Positions 37,423 through 47,290 of a DNA stretch of 64,000 nt are shown one piece after another. Position 1 is the stretch's first letter, and each line of letters begins with the position of its first letter. Location: the NCBI GenBank assembly GCA_052389275.1, contig JBQTID010000073.1, forward strand, positions 3 to 64,002, written 5' to 3'. The notes under the pieces were generated by a model that saw only the letters and a program-made list of their open reading frames with translations, was not told where the DNA came from and did no database searches. A program made the translations under genes and the position numbers. Origin of the DNA: Gemmatimonadota bacterium (GTDB lineage: Bacteria > Gemmatimonadota > Gemmatimonadetes > Longimicrobiales > RSA9).

Positions 37423-37901
37423 TGAAGCTTCGATGGATACTGCTGCTGGTTACGCTGTTTCTGCCGGCGCCGCTCGCGGCGCAGGGGCCGCCCATGAAAG
37501 AGCGCCGGCAAATGTTGCAAAGACAAATCGGCGAACGGTTCATGCAGACGGTCGCGACGCAGCTGCGGCTCGATCCGGAAACGCGCACGCAGCTGCAACA
37601 GCAGCTATTGCAGAGTGGTGAGCGGCGTCGCGATCTGGCGGAGCGCTCGCAGATCCTGCGGCTTCAGATGGTACGTGCTGCGCGCGATTCGACCACCTCC
37701 GATGCGGAGCTGCGTAAATTTCTGAACGAAGCAACAGCCTTGAAGGAGCGCGAAGACGAGCTGTGGAAGGGCGATCAGGCCGCGCTTTCACGGATTCTCA
37801 CGCCGCGCCAGCATGTTCATTTCATGTTCATGTGGCTGCGCTTCAACGACCAGATACGAGACGTAACGAATCGGCAGGCGAGACCACCCTTCGATCGCTG
37901 A
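37419..37901 (+). CDS. secreted helical protein, Spy/CpxP-like (LTxxQ motif), third gene of the ECF unit
   Basis: 160 aa. Signal peptide MMKLRWILLLVTLFLPAPLAAQ. Gln/Arg-rich helices, LTPRQ motif. Family assignment tentative. Confidence 0.5.
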   Translation: MMKLRWILLLVTLFLPAPLAAQGPPMKERRQMLQRQIGERFMQTVATQLRLDPETRTQLQQQLLQSGERRRDLAERSQILRLQMVRAARDSTTSDAELRKFLNEATALKEREDELWKGDQAALSRILTPRQHVHFMFMWLRFNDQIRDVTNRQARPPFDR

Positions 37902-37910
37902 CATCCTTTA

Positions 37911-38052
37911 CTGCTGGCTAGGGCTCGGGCTGGGGAGAGGGTGGGCAACTCGGTTGAAATGCGGGCGCGGGACTCAGGCATTGTGCTGGTCCCTCGCCCG
38001 TCGTTTACCCCGAAATCCTCGCCCCTGCGCTCGCCCCCGGCCCCGCCCGCAG
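37911..38052. repeat. G-run/C-run hairpin element, family copy 2 (about 142 bp)
   Basis: CTGCTGGCTAGGGCTCGGGCTGGGGAGAGGGTGGGCAACTCGG ... CCCTCGCCCGTCGTTTACCCCGAAATCCTCGCCCCTGCGCTCGCCCCCGGCCCCGCCCGCAG. Same orientation as, and homologous to, 33681-33825. Confidence 0.8.
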
Positions 38053-38066
38053 TTAATTTGTAATTC

Positions 38067-38303
38067 ATGCAGGTTCGTCTTCTCCTCTTCGCCAGTTACC
38101 GCGATCTGGTCGGCGCGAGTGAGCTGACGCTCGACTTGCCGGCCGGCGCCACGGCGCAGGTGGCGGTCAATGAGCTTCGCGTCAGCTTTGCCGAAATCCC
38201 GGCGCGACCGGTCGTCGCGATCAATCTGGAATACTCCTCGCTCGACGAGCTTCTGAGCGAAGGTGACGAGTTGGCCCTGTTGCCGCCGGTGGCCGGTGGC
38301 TGA
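38067..38303 (+). CDS. moaD: molybdopterin synthase sulfur-carrier subunit MoaD
   Basis: 78 aa. Ubiquitin-like size, ends ...LLPPVAGG (C-terminal Gly-Gly). Confidence 0.82.
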   Translation: MQVRLLLFASYRDLVGASELTLDLPAGATAQVAVNELRVSFAEIPARPVVAINLEYSSLDELLSEGDELALLPPVAGG

Positions 38304-38754
38304 GCATCAGAACGTGCACGCGTGGATTACCACGGCGCCGATCGGCGCCGAGTCGGTGCTGCCACTGGTATCATCCGGGCAGCACGGCGCGGCGCTCGTC
38401 TTTCTGGGCATGGTCCGCGACCACAACGAAGGGCGTGCGGTGCGCGCGGTGCACTACGACGCCTACCGCGACATGGCCGAGCGCACACTGCGCGAAATCT
38501 TGCAGGAGACAGCCGCGCGCATCGCGCCCGCGAGGCTGGCTGCGGTGCATCGGCTCGGTGAATTGGCGATCGGAGACGTGAGCATCGCTATCGCGGTGTC
38601 TACGCCGCACCGCGCCGAAGCGTTCGAAGCGTGCAGGTCTGTCATCGAAGAAGTGAAGCAGCGGCTGACCGTCTGGAAGCAGGAGCGATACGTGAGCGGC
38701 GAGAGCGAATGGCTGGCGGGTGCGGTTCCGCCCATGCCCGAACCTACGTCATGA
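38296..38754 (+). CDS. moaE: molybdopterin synthase catalytic subunit MoaE
   Basis: In-frame part of ORF 38263..38754. GTG 38296 overlaps the moaD stop (the alternative ATG 38263 would overlap moaD by 41 nt). GAALVFLGMVRDHNEGRAV, IAVSTPHRAEAFEACRSVIEEVKQRLTVWK. Confidence 0.8.
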   Translation: MAEHQNVHAWITTAPIGAESVLPLVSSGQHGAALVFLGMVRDHNEGRAVRAVHYDAYRDMAERTLREILQETAARIAPARLAAVHRLGELAIGDVSIAIAVSTPHRAEAFEACRSVIEEVKQRLTVWKQERYVSGESEWLAGAVPPMPEPTS

Positions 38755-39734
38755 TGCGCGATCAATTCGGCCGGCGCATCGAATACCTGCGTATCTCGGT
38801 TACGGATAAATGCAATCTGCGCTGCGTGTACTGCATGCCGGAGGCCGGGCTGCCCTGGCTGCGCCGCGATGACATTCTGCGCTACGAAGAAATCGCGGAC
38901 ATCGTCGCTACCATGGCGCCGATGGGATTGCGCAGCGTGCGTCTCACCGGCGGCGAGCCGCTGGTACGGCGCGATGTGGTCAAGTTGGTCGAGCTGCTGA
39001 GTGCGATCGACGGCATCGACGACATCGCCCTCTCCACTAATGCCGTGCTGCTAGCGGAGCAGGCCGATGCGTTGCGGGCCGCCGGCGTCAGGCGCGCCAA
39101 CATCTCACTCGATTCACTTCAGCCGGAGCGGGTTGACGCGATCGCGAGACGCCCCGGCGCGCACGAGAAGATTTTCGCCGGTCTCGATGCCGCGGAGCGG
39201 GTGGGGTTCGAGCCGCTGAAGATCAACGTCGTCGTCATGCGCGGCCGCAACGATGATGAGCTCGAGGCTTTCGCGCGCGCCACGATCGAGCGGCCCTGGC
39301 ACGTCCGCTTCATTGAGGTCATGCCGGTAGGCGAGAACCTGGACATCTCGGCCAACGAATACGTCTCATCCTTCGAAATGCTGAACCGGCTGCGGTGCCT
39401 GGGAGAGCTCGCGCCGGTCGCGGGACCGGCGGGCAATGGCCCCGCGACGTACTTCCGCTGTCCGGGCGCGCGCGGCACAGTCGGCGTGATTACGCCGATG
39501 AGCCATAACTACTGTGAGCGTTGCAACCGCATGAGACTGACCGCGGACGGTCAGCTGCGTCCTTGCCTCTTCGGCGATATTCAAACCAATCTCAGAGATC
39601 CTTTGCGGCGAGGCGAATCGATCGAGCCGTTGATCAGGCACACACTGGCGATCAAACCCGAGCGACACTACCTGGTGCAGGGCCGGGCAGTCGGCTCCGG
39701 TGGACTGCTGGCACTTTCACAAACGGGAGGTTGA
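38751..39734 (+). CDS. moaA: GTP 3',8-cyclase MoaA (radical SAM)
   Basis: In-frame part of ORF 38631..39734. ATG 38751 overlaps the moaE stop (ATGA). LRISVTDKCNLRCVYCMP (CxxxCxxC), LTGGEPL, C-terminal CxxCNRMRLTADG. Confidence 0.9.
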   Translation: MMRDQFGRRIEYLRISVTDKCNLRCVYCMPEAGLPWLRRDDILRYEEIADIVATMAPMGLRSVRLTGGEPLVRRDVVKLVELLSAIDGIDDIALSTNAVLLAEQADALRAAGVRRANISLDSLQPERVDAIARRPGAHEKIFAGLDAAERVGFEPLKINVVVMRGRNDDELEAFARATIERPWHVRFIEVMPVGENLDISANEYVSSFEMLNRLRCLGELAPVAGPAGNGPATYFRCPGARGTVGVITPMSHNYCERCNRMRLTADGQLRPCLFGDIQTNLRDPLRRGESIEPLIRHTLAIKPERHYLVQGRAVGSGGLLALSQTGG

Positions 39735-39802
39735 GATACGTTCGAGTATCAGTGCACTCTGCACGTAGGCATGACCGGCCGCGTCATCGTCCAATAGCGG
39801 TT

Positions 39803-39831
39803 TTGACAGCGATTTCTTCCTGCTCTACTTT
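39803..39831 (+). promoter_or_regulatory. candidate sigma70-type promoter for mdh-sdhCAB
   Basis: TTGACA (39803-08), 17-nt spacer, TACTTT (39826-31), about 55 nt upstream of the mdh ATG. Sequence match only. Confidence 0.3.
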
Positions 39832-39884
39832 CCGCCCCTCTAACACCATCCGACGACATCTGTTCGTCGCTATTACGAGTTGAT

Positions 39885-40811
39885 ATGGTCGACAAAATTA
39901 CGGTGGTAGGCGGTGGCAACGTGGGTGCGACCTGCGCGCAGGGCATCGCGCTCAAGGAGCTCGCGCGCGAGGTCGTGCTGATAGACATCCTCGAAGGCGT
40001 GCCGCAAGGCAAGGGGCTCGACCAATGGGAATCGGCTCCCATCGAAGGCTTCGACACACGCGTGCGCGGCACCAACAACTACGCTGATACCGCGAATTCC
40101 GACATCGTGGTGGTCACTGCCGGCATCGCGCGCAAGCCGGGCATGAGCCGCGAGGACTTACTCAATACGAACGCAGGCATCGTCCGTGAGGTCTCGGAGA
40201 ACGTCAAACGTACTTCGCCGGACGCGATTGTCATCATGGTATCGAATCCGCTCGATGTGATGGCCTATGTTTGCAAACAGGTCACCGGTTTCCCGCGCGA
40301 ACGCGTCATCGGCATGGCAGGCGTGCTGGACACAGCTCGCTACCGCAGCTTCATCGCGCTCGAGCTCGATTGCAGCGTGGAAGACATCCAGGCGCTCGTG
40401 CTAGGTGGCCACGGTGATACCATGGTGCCGCTGGCTTCCTACACGACCGTCAGCGGCATCCCGCTGTCGCAGCTGCTGCCGAGCGCGACGATCGAGCGAC
40501 TGGTCGATCGCGCACGTAATGGCGGCGCCGAGATCGTCAGCTTGCTGAAGACCGGCAGCGCGTATTACGCGCCTGCTGCCGCGGCTACGCAAATGGCCGA
40601 AGCAATCGTCAAGGACAAGAAGCGCATCCTGCCGTGTTCGGCCTGGCTCGAGGGTGAATTCGGCATGAACGGGCTTTTCCTCGGCGTGCCGTGCAAGCTG
40701 GGTCGCACGGGATTACTCGGTGTGATCGACGTCGAATTGACCAGGGATGAACGCGCCGCGCTCGAGCAATCGGCGGCAGCGGTCAGAGAAACGATGGCTC
40801 TTCTGAAATAA
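39885..40811 (+). CDS. mdh: malate dehydrogenase (LDH-like type)
   Basis: 308 aa. [37 protein letters not shown]. Confidence 0.92.
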   Translation: MVDKITVVGGGNVGATCAQGIALKELAREVVLIDILEGVPQGKGLDQWESAPIEGFDTRVRGTNNYADTANSDIVVVTAGIARKPGMSREDLLNTNAGIVREVSENVKRTSPDAIVIMVSNPLDVMAYVCKQVTGFPRERVIGMAGVLDTARYRSFIALELDCSVEDIQALVLGGHGDTMVPLASYTTVSGIPLSQLLPSATIERLVDRARNGGAEIVSLLKTGSAYYAPAAAATQMAEAIVKDKKRILPCSAWLEGEFGMNGLFLGVPCKLGRTGLLGVIDVELTRDERAALEQSAAAVRETMALLK

Positions 40812-40817
40812 AGGCGC

Positions 40818-41510
40818 ATGGCGACCGTAAACGTACCGCGCGCGCTGGCGCTTTGGGACTCGTCCGTCGGGAAGAAAATCCTGATGGCCGTGAGCGGCCT
40901 GATCCTATACGGTTTTGTGATCGGCCACCTGATCGGCAATCTCAAGGTCTACTTTGGTGCAGAGGCCTTCAATCATTACGCGGAAGGGCTGCGCTCATTC
41001 GGCGAGCCTTTTCTTGCGCGCGGACAAATCCTTTGGCTGGTCCGTCTGATCCTCCTCGCTGCGCTGCTCGTTCATATTGTCGCAATTGTCCAGTTGTACC
41101 TCAAAAGCAAGCGCGCGCGCAGACACGGCTACAGGAAGTTTCAGGGGCTCGAGTTCAGCTATGCGTCGCGCACCATGTTCTGGGGCGGCATCGCGATTCT
41201 CGCTTTTGTCGTATTCCACTTGCTCGACCTGACATTCGGCACGTTGAATCCGTCTTTCGAGCACGGTGACGCCTACCACAATTTCGTGACCACGTTTCAG
41301 CGTCTGCCGGTTTCCCTCGCATACATTGCGGCAATGTTTCCGCTCGGCATGCACCTCTACCACGGGTTCTGGAGCATGCTGCAAACGCTGGGTGCCAACC
41401 ATCCCAAGTACAACCGAATCCGGCGGCCAATTGCAATTGGCATTGCGAGCCTGATCGTGCTCGGGAACATCTCGTTCCCGATCGCGGTGCTGGCAGGCTT
41501 CGTCAAATGA
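40818..41510 (+). CDS. sdhC: succinate dehydrogenase/fumarate reductase cytochrome b subunit (b558, 5-TM type)
   Basis: 230 aa. [28 protein letters not shown], multiple TM helices with conserved His. Directly precedes sdhA. Confidence 0.85.
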   Translation: MATVNVPRALALWDSSVGKKILMAVSGLILYGFVIGHLIGNLKVYFGAEAFNHYAEGLRSFGEPFLARGQILWLVRLILLAALLVHIVAIVQLYLKSKRARRHGYRKFQGLEFSYASRTMFWGGIAILAFVVFHLLDLTFGTLNPSFEHGDAYHNFVTTFQRLPVSLAYIAAMFPLGMHLYHGFWSMLQTLGANHPKYNRIRRPIAIGIASLIVLGNISFPIAVLAGFVK

Positions 41511-43420
41511 AGCTGGACGCTAAGATTCCGGCTGGGCCGATCGAGCAGAAATGGGATCGTCGCAAGCAGGAGATGAAGCTGGTCAACCCGGCGAACAAGC
41601 GTAAGCATCACGTCATCGTCATAGGGTCCGGACTGGCTGGTGGCGCGGCGGCTGCAACACTCGGCGAGCTCGGCTATAACGTGTCGTGTTTCTGCTTCCA
41701 GGATTCGCCGCGCCGCGCGCACAGCATTGCCGCGCAAGGCGGCATCAACGCCGCCAAGAATTATCAGCATGACGGTGACAGCGTCTTCCGGCTCTTCTAC
41801 GACACGATCAAGGGTGGCGACTTCCGCGCGCGCGAAGCCAACGTGTACCGTCTGGCGCAGCTCAGCCTGAACATCATCGACCAGTGCGTCGCGCAGGGTG
41901 TGCCGTTCGCGCGTGACTACAGCGGTCATCTCGACAATCGCTCCTTCGGCGGCGCGCAGGTCTCGCGCACGTTCTACGCGCGCGGCCAAACCGGGCAACA
42001 GCTGCTGCTGGGCGCGTACCAGGCACTAATGCGGCAGGTGCGCGAGGGCCGAGTAAAGATGTTCGCGCGCCATGAGATGCTGGAGCTGGTGGTCATCAAC
42101 GGTCGCGCGCGCGGCATCGTCACCCGCAACTTGCTGAACGGCCGCATCGAGTCACAGGTCGCCGATGCGATCATCATCGCGAGCGGCGGCTACAGCAACG
42201 TTTTCTATCTCTCGACGAATGCCAAAGGCAGCAACGTCACGGCGATCTGGCGCGCACACAAGCAGGGCGCCGGTTTTGCGAATCCGGCCTTTACGCAAAT
42301 TCATCCGACGTGCCTGCCGCCCGCCGGTGAGCATCAGGCGAAGCTCACGCTAATGAGCGAGTCGCTGCGCAACGATGGTCGCGTCTGGGTGCCGAAGGCT
42401 CTGGGCGACAAGCGCCGGCCCAGGGACATTCCGGAACCGGAACGCGACTATTACCTCGAGCGTTTCTATCCCAGCTTTGGCAACCTCGCGCCACGCGACA
42501 TTGCGTCACGCCGGGCCAAGGAAGTCGTCGATGAAGGACGCGGCGTAGGGCCGAGCGGCATCGGCGTGTATCTCGACTTTGCGGATGCAATTTCGCGGCT
42601 GGGCAAGCACGTAATCGCGGAGCGCTACGGCAACCTCTTCGAGATGTACCTGAACATCACGGGCGAAAACCCATACGAAGAGCCGATGCGCATCTACCCG
42701 GCGCCGCACTATACGATGGGCGGGTTGTGGGTAGACTACAATCTGATGAGCACATTGCCCGGTCTATTCGTGGCCGGCGAAGCCAATTTCTCGGATCATG
42801 GCGCGAATCGGCTGGGCGCGAGCGCGCTGATGCAAGGGCTTGCCGACGGCTATTTCGTGCTGCCGCCGATGATCGGTGACTATATCGCGCAAGGCGGACT
42901 CGACAAAGTCGATGGGACGCACCAGGCGTTCCGTGATGCGGAGAAGCAGGTCGCAGAGCTCGAGCACAAGCTGCTGTCGATCAAAGGGCGGCGCACGGTA
43001 AACGATTTCCATCGTGAGCTCGGCAAACTGATGTGGGACCACTGTGGCATGGCGCGCAACGCGAGCGGGTTGAAGCATGCGTTGTCGCGAATCCCGCAGC
43101 TGCGCGACGAGTTCTGGCAGGACGTCAACGTGCCCGGCAGCGGCGCCAACATCAATCAGAGCCTGGAGCATGCCGGTCGCGTCGCGGATTTCTTCGAGTT
43201 CGCGGAACTGATGTGTCTCGATGCGCTCGAGCGCGACGAATCGGCAGGTGGTCACTTCCGTGAGGAGCACGCGACCGCAGAAGGCGAAGCGAAGCGGAAT
43301 GATGAGCAGTTCGCGTACGTCGGCGTCTGGGAGTTCACCGGCGTTGGACGCCGGCCGAATCTGCACAAGGAATCGCTCACCTTCGAATACGTGAAGCTCG
43401 CGGAGCGCAGTTATAAATGA
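41507..43420 (+). CDS. sdhA: succinate dehydrogenase/fumarate reductase flavoprotein subunit
   Basis: 637 aa. [27 protein letters not shown] (FAD-His site), [15 protein letters not shown]. Confidence 0.94.
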   Translation: MKLDAKIPAGPIEQKWDRRKQEMKLVNPANKRKHHVIVIGSGLAGGAAAATLGELGYNVSCFCFQDSPRRAHSIAAQGGINAAKNYQHDGDSVFRLFYDTIKGGDFRAREANVYRLAQLSLNIIDQCVAQGVPFARDYSGHLDNRSFGGAQVSRTFYARGQTGQQLLLGAYQALMRQVREGRVKMFARHEMLELVVINGRARGIVTRNLLNGRIESQVADAIIIASGGYSNVFYLSTNAKGSNVTAIWRAHKQGAGFANPAFTQIHPTCLPPAGEHQAKLTLMSESLRNDGRVWVPKALGDKRRPRDIPEPERDYYLERFYPSFGNLAPRDIASRRAKEVVDEGRGVGPSGIGVYLDFADAISRLGKHVIAERYGNLFEMYLNITGENPYEEPMRIYPAPHYTMGGLWVDYNLMSTLPGLFVAGEANFSDHGANRLGASALMQGLADGYFVLPPMIGDYIAQGGLDKVDGTHQAFRDAEKQVAELEHKLLSIKGRRTVNDFHRELGKLMWDHCGMARNASGLKHALSRIPQLRDEFWQDVNVPGSGANINQSLEHAGRVADFFEFAELMCLDALERDESAGGHFREEHATAEGEAKRNDEQFAYVGVWEFTGVGRRPNLHKESLTFEYVKLAERSYK

Positions 43421-44172
43421 AGCTGACCCTGCACGTTTGGCGGCAGGCCAACGAACGAGACAGCGGCCAATTCGTCACCTACGTCGCGGCCAACGTGAAT
43501 GAGCACATGTCTTTTCTCGAGATGCTCGATCAGGTGAACGAGAAGCTCAGCAGGGACGGCGGCGAGCCGATCGCGTTCGAGCACGACTGCCGCGAAGGCA
43601 TCTGCGGATCGTGTGGCTTCATGATCAATGGCGAGCCGCACGGCCCGCTCCCAGGCACGACAGTTTGCCAGCTTCACATGCGCGTCTTCAATGATGGCGA
43701 CGAGGTCTGGGTCGAGCCCTGGCGCGCGACCGCGTTCCCGGTCCTGAAAGACCTGGTCGTCGATCGCACCGCGCTCGATCGCATTGTCCAGGCAGGCGGC
43801 TTCATCTCGGTACGGACCGGCAGCGCTCCGGAAGCGAACATTATCTCGGTTCCAAAGGAGAATGCCGACCTGGCGATGGACGCCGCCGAGTGCATCGCGT
43901 GTGGCGCGTGTATTGCCGCCTGTCCGAACGCCTCCGGCATGCTGTTCACCGCCGCTAAAGTCGCCCACCTCGGCTTGTTGCCGCAGGGTGAGCCCGAGCG
44001 CGACCAGCGCGCGGTCGAGATGGTTGCCGCGCAGGATGAGGAGTTCGGACACTGCACCAATCATGGGTCGTGCGAAGAAGCATGTCCGAAATCGATCAGC
44101 GTTGATTACATTGCGTTGTTGAACCGGCACTTGCGCGAAGCGAAATTCCGCAGGCCGGGAGACATTCTCTAA
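43417..44172 (+). CDS. sdhB: succinate dehydrogenase/fumarate reductase iron-sulfur subunit
   Basis: 251 aa. [10 protein letters not shown] (2Fe-2S), [12 protein letters not shown] and [12 protein letters not shown] clusters. Confidence 0.93.
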   Translation: MKLTLHVWRQANERDSGQFVTYVAANVNEHMSFLEMLDQVNEKLSRDGGEPIAFEHDCREGICGSCGFMINGEPHGPLPGTTVCQLHMRVFNDGDEVWVEPWRATAFPVLKDLVVDRTALDRIVQAGGFISVRTGSAPEANIISVPKENADLAMDAAECIACGACIAACPNASGMLFTAAKVAHLGLLPQGEPERDQRAVEMVAAQDEEFGHCTNHGSCEEACPKSISVDYIALLNRHLREAKFRRPGDIL

Positions 44173-44183
44173 GGAGGAGCTTT

Positions 44184-44618
44184 ATGGCGCGGAAAGCCGG
44201 TCGGAAAGCGGCGCGTAAAGGCGGCACCAAGAAGGCGGCTCGTAAAGGCGGCACCAGGAAGGCGGCACGCAAAGCCGTCACCAGGAAAGCGGCACGTAAG
44301 GGCGGCACCAAAAAGGCCGCGGCGAAGAAGTCGGCGCGCAGAGCACCCGCGCGCAAGCGCGTCGCAAAGGGCGCGAAGCGGGCAAGAAAGACCGCGAAGA
44401 AGGCTGCAAAGACCGCCAGGAAGAGCGCGAAGCGGGCTGCTTCCACGGTGAAAAAGGCAGCCAGAAAGGTACCGAAGCCGATCCGGCAGCTGGCGAGTGA
44501 CGCCGTACACGCCGCAGCCGAACGGATCCGGCTGAAGGCGCTGCCGCGCGAGGCCGCGAGCGAGGCAGTGCATGCGGTGGGCGACCTGATTTCGCCGCCC
44601 GACAGACGGGGATCATGA
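44184..44618 (+). CDS. histone H1-like, Lys/Ala/Arg-rich basic protein with KAARKGGT repeats
   Basis: 144 aa behind a strong AAGGAGGAG RBS. N-terminal 100 aa are almost only K/A/R/G/T with four 24-bp (8-aa) tandem units at about 44205-44312. Non-repetitive C-terminal roughly 45 aa. Confidence 0.7.
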   Translation: MARKAGRKAARKGGTKKAARKGGTRKAARKAVTRKAARKGGTKKAAAKKSARRAPARKRVAKGAKRARKTAKKAAKTARKSAKRAASTVKKAARKVPKPIRQLASDAVHAAAERIRLKALPREAASEAVHAVGDLISPPDRRGS

Positions 44619-44684
44619 GAGCATGAGAGCATGGGAGCATGGGTTGCGAACTCATGCTCCCATGATCCCATGATCCCATGCTCT
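44610..44684. repeat. inverted array of the 8-bp unit GGAGCATG (4 units, 11-nt centre, 4 reverse-complement units) between convergent genes
   Basis: GGATCATG AGAGCATG AGAGCATG GGAGCATG gg-ttgcgaact CATGCTCC CATGATCC CATGATCC CATGCTCT. Overlaps the H1-like stop (44616-18) and ends 8 nt before the dcd stop. Possible bidirectional terminator. Confidence 0.9.
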
Positions 44685-44692
44685 CGTCGTAC

Positions 44693-45244
44693 TTAGAGCT
44701 TCGGCAGCGTAACTCCCACCTGATTCTGGTACTTCCCGCCCTTCGACGCATAGGTCGTCTCCGGCACTTCGTTGCCCTGAAAGAAAAGCAGCTGCGCCAG
44801 CCCTTCGTTGCTGTAGATCTTCGCCGGCAGCGGCGTCGTATTCGAGATCTCGAGCGTGAGGTAGCCGCACCACTCCGGCTCGAGCGGAGTCACGTTCACG
44901 ATGATGCCGCAGCGGGCATACGTGGACTTGCCGACGCAGATCACCAACACGTCGCTGGGAATCCTGAAATACTCAACCGTCGCGGCCAGCGCGAAAGAGT
45001 GCGGCGGGATGATGCAATGATCCGCCTTCATGTCGACAAATGAGCGCTTGTCGAAATTCTTCGGGTCGACGATGACACTGAAGACGTCCGTGAACACCTT
45101 GTATTCATCGCCCACGCGAATGTCGTAGCCGAAAGACGACAAGCCGTAGCTAATCGTACCTTCGCGTACCTGCTTCGCCTCGAACGGCTCGATCATGCCG
45201 TGCTCCGTCGCCATGCGACGAATCCACTTGTCACTGCAAATCAT
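44693..45244 (-). CDS. dcd: dCTP deaminase
   Basis: 183 aa. [41 protein letters not shown]. Confidence 0.92.
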   Translation of the reverse strand: MICSDKWIRRMATEHGMIEPFEAKQVREGTISYGLSSFGYDIRVGDEYKVFTDVFSVIVDPKNFDKRSFVDMKADHCIIPPHSFALAATVEYFRIPSDVLVICVGKSTYARCGIIVNVTPLEPEWCGYLTLEISNTTPLPAKIYSNEGLAQLLFFQGNEVPETTYASKGGKYQNQVGVTLPKL

Positions 45245-45301
45245 CGAAAAACCCCTGCGTAAGTGCGCTGGAACTTGCGGGTTGCCTGCCTATGGCGGCA
45301 A

Positions 45302-45392
45302 GGGAGAGTGTACGAGTGTGAGAGTGTGAGAATGTGAGAATGGAAGAGCAGTCACGATGCTCACACTCCCACATTCACACATTCTCACACTC
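45302..45392. repeat. GTGTGAGA-type tandem repeats in inverted arms (perfect 15-bp IR GAGTGTGAGAATGTG 45322-36 / CACATTCTCACACTC 45378-92) in the dcd/nuoA divergent region
   Basis: Read directly. Left arm GGGAGAGTGTACGAGTGTGAGAGTGTGAGAATGTGAGAATGG, right arm TCACACTCCCACATTCACACATTCTCACACTC. Confidence 0.9.
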
Positions 45393-45499
45393 ATGGCCCG
45401 GGACGGCTTGACGCCCGGTACTGCGCTTGCGGTCGGTCGGCCGTTCGGGTAGTTTCTGGCCGCTTACAAGTGAACGAATTCACAAGCTATTAGGACGAG

Positions 45500-45856
45500 A
45501 TGACAGGATCCTACGTTCCGATTCTGATCCTGCTCGGCGTGTCGCTCGCCAACGCGGTCGGCATCATGGTACTGACGCACCTCGTCAGTCCATACAAACC
45601 GACGCCGGCGAAGCTGGATCCATACGAATCCGGAATGATTCCGCTCGGCAATACGCGTGAGCGCTTCTCGGTGAAGTTCTACGTGGTCGCAATTCTCTTC
45701 ATCATCTTCGATATCGAGACGGTATTCCTGGTGCCGTGGGGCGTTCTGTTCCGCGAGCTGGGCGTTTTTGGATTCGTTGAAATGCTGATTTTCATTGGCG
45801 TTCTGTTCGTGGGTTTCATCTATATCTGGAAGAAGGGGGCGCTGGAATGGGACTGA
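45500..45856 (+). CDS. nuoA: NADH-quinone oxidoreductase subunit A
   Basis: 118 aa. [20 protein letters not shown]. Confidence 0.92.
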   Translation: MTGSYVPILILLGVSLANAVGIMVLTHLVSPYKPTPAKLDPYESGMIPLGNTRERFSVKFYVVAILFIIFDIETVFLVPWGVLFRELGVFGFVEMLIFIGVLFVGFIYIWKKGALEWD

Positions 45857-46512
45857 CTCGCAAGTCCGATCTTCCGACGCTCCAGCATCAGCATGCGGAG
45901 CCCACCTTCCTGACCACCAAGCTGGATTTCGTGGTGAACTGGTCGCGCCGCAACTCGCTTTGGCCGATGCCGTTCGGCACCGCGTGCTGCGCGATCGAGA
46001 TGATGGCGACGTTTGCGTCCAGGTACGACGCCGCCCGCTTCGGTATGGAGCGCATGTCGTTTTCGCCGCGGCAGGCAGACGTGCTGATCTGCGCGGGGCG
46101 GGTCGCGTACAAGATGGCGCCGGTGCTGCGCAAGATCTGGGATCAGATGCCGCAGCCGAAATGGGCTATCTCGATGGGTGCCTGCGCATCGACCGGCAAC
46201 ATCTTCGATGCCTACTCGATGGTGCAGGGCATCGACACCATCATTCCGGTCGACGTGTACGTACCCGGCTGCCCACCGCGTCCGGAAGCGCTGATCTACG
46301 CGTTCCTGATGCTGCAGGAAAAAATCAAAGGTGAGCAGCTCGGCAATAAGAGCTTGCGCGCGGAAGATCCAGCCAGCACCGGCGTGCCGAACCTCGATGC
46401 CGAAACCATCGAAGCGATCACCGGGCCATTCGGCAATTCGACCAAGCAAAACCGGGTGAGCGGCCTGATTTCGACCGCGGCGCTGACCCGGCCGACGGAC
46501 CGGCTGCCGTAA
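45847..46512 (+). CDS. nuoB: NADH-quinone oxidoreductase subunit B
   Basis: 221 aa. [33 protein letters not shown]. Confidence 0.93.
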   Translation: MGLTRKSDLPTLQHQHAEPTFLTTKLDFVVNWSRRNSLWPMPFGTACCAIEMMATFASRYDAARFGMERMSFSPRQADVLICAGRVAYKMAPVLRKIWDQMPQPKWAISMGACASTGNIFDAYSMVQGIDTIIPVDVYVPGCPPRPEALIYAFLMLQEKIKGEQLGNKSLRAEDPASTGVPNLDAETIEAITGPFGNSTKQNRVSGLISTAALTRPTDRLP

Positions 46513-46513
46513 C

Positions 46514-47290
46514 ATGGCAAACGAATTCAAGAAGGGACTCGAGGGGCTCGACCGCGGTCCTCAGCCCAGCGATCAAGCCGCGACCGCGACTGCTGCCGCG
46601 ACTGCGGAACCGAATGCGACGGTCGCTGCTTTGCGCGCGCGCTTCGGCACTGCGATCGGCACTCACGTCGTGATGTCGGGCGACGAGCACGTCGTCTTCA
46701 TAGATCGTGCTCGCAGCATCGAAATCCTCAAGTGGCTGCGCGATGAACAGCAATTCGACCTCTGCAGGGACATAACCGCCATCGACTACGGTGGCGGCCG
46801 CCCGCTCGAGCTGTTCTACGAGCTATGGTCGATTCCAAACAAACAGCAGCTGCGTGTAAAAGTCGTGCTGCAACTCGATGACCTCGAGACGGATTCCGTG
46901 GTCGAGGTTTGGCAGACCGCCGATTGGCTCGAGCGCGAGACCTTCGACATGTTCGGCATCAACTTCCGTAATCACCCCGACATGCGGCGGATTCTGATGC
47001 CCGATAACTACGCGGAGGGCTTTCCGCTGCGAAAGGACTTTCCGCTGCGTGGCCGCTTCAGTCGTGCCGAGCAGACGCGCCGCGCGCTCAGCATGGATGT
47101 CGAGGACCATTACACGCCTGAAGAAATGGCAGTCGGCGGTGCAACAGCGTCGTCGGACGCGCATCCACCGCACGACGCTGCTGCGACCGTCGACGTCGAA
47201 CACGAGGGTGATCCTGCGCTGGGCAATATTCCCTGGTCGCAGCGCGCACCGGTAGCGGGCGGCGAGGCCACGAAGGGTGTGAACGAGTAA
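46514..47290 (+). CDS. nuoC: NADH-quinone oxidoreductase subunit C
   Basis: 258 aa. WQTADWLERETFDMFGINFRNHPDMRRILMP. C-terminal extension. Confidence 0.9.
   Translation: MANEFKKGLEGLDRGPQPSDQAATATAAATAEPNATVAALRARFGTAIGTHVVMSGDEHVVFIDRARSIEILKWLRDEQQFDLCRDITAIDYGGGRPLELFYELWSIPNKQQLRVKVVLQLDDLETDSVVEVWQTADWLERETFDMFGINFRNHPDMRRILMPDNYAEGFPLRKDFPLRGRFSRAEQTRRALSMDVEDHYTPEEMAVGGATASSDAHPPHDAAATVDVEHEGDPALGNIPWSQRAPVAGGEATKGVNE

Noticed and set aside
37911-38066. Moco riboswitch upstream of moaD
   Set aside because: The same roughly 145-bp element occurs upstream of carA (33681-33825), so it is a dispersed repeat. I cannot recognise Moco-motif conserved features. This needs an Rfam scan to be certain.
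44096-44751. Minus-strand ORFs (134-191 aa) antisense to the H1-like gene and the repeat array
   Set aside because: They are mirror low-complexity (Ala/Arg/Phe-rich) translations of the K/A/R-coding repeats. The + strand ORF has the strong RBS.
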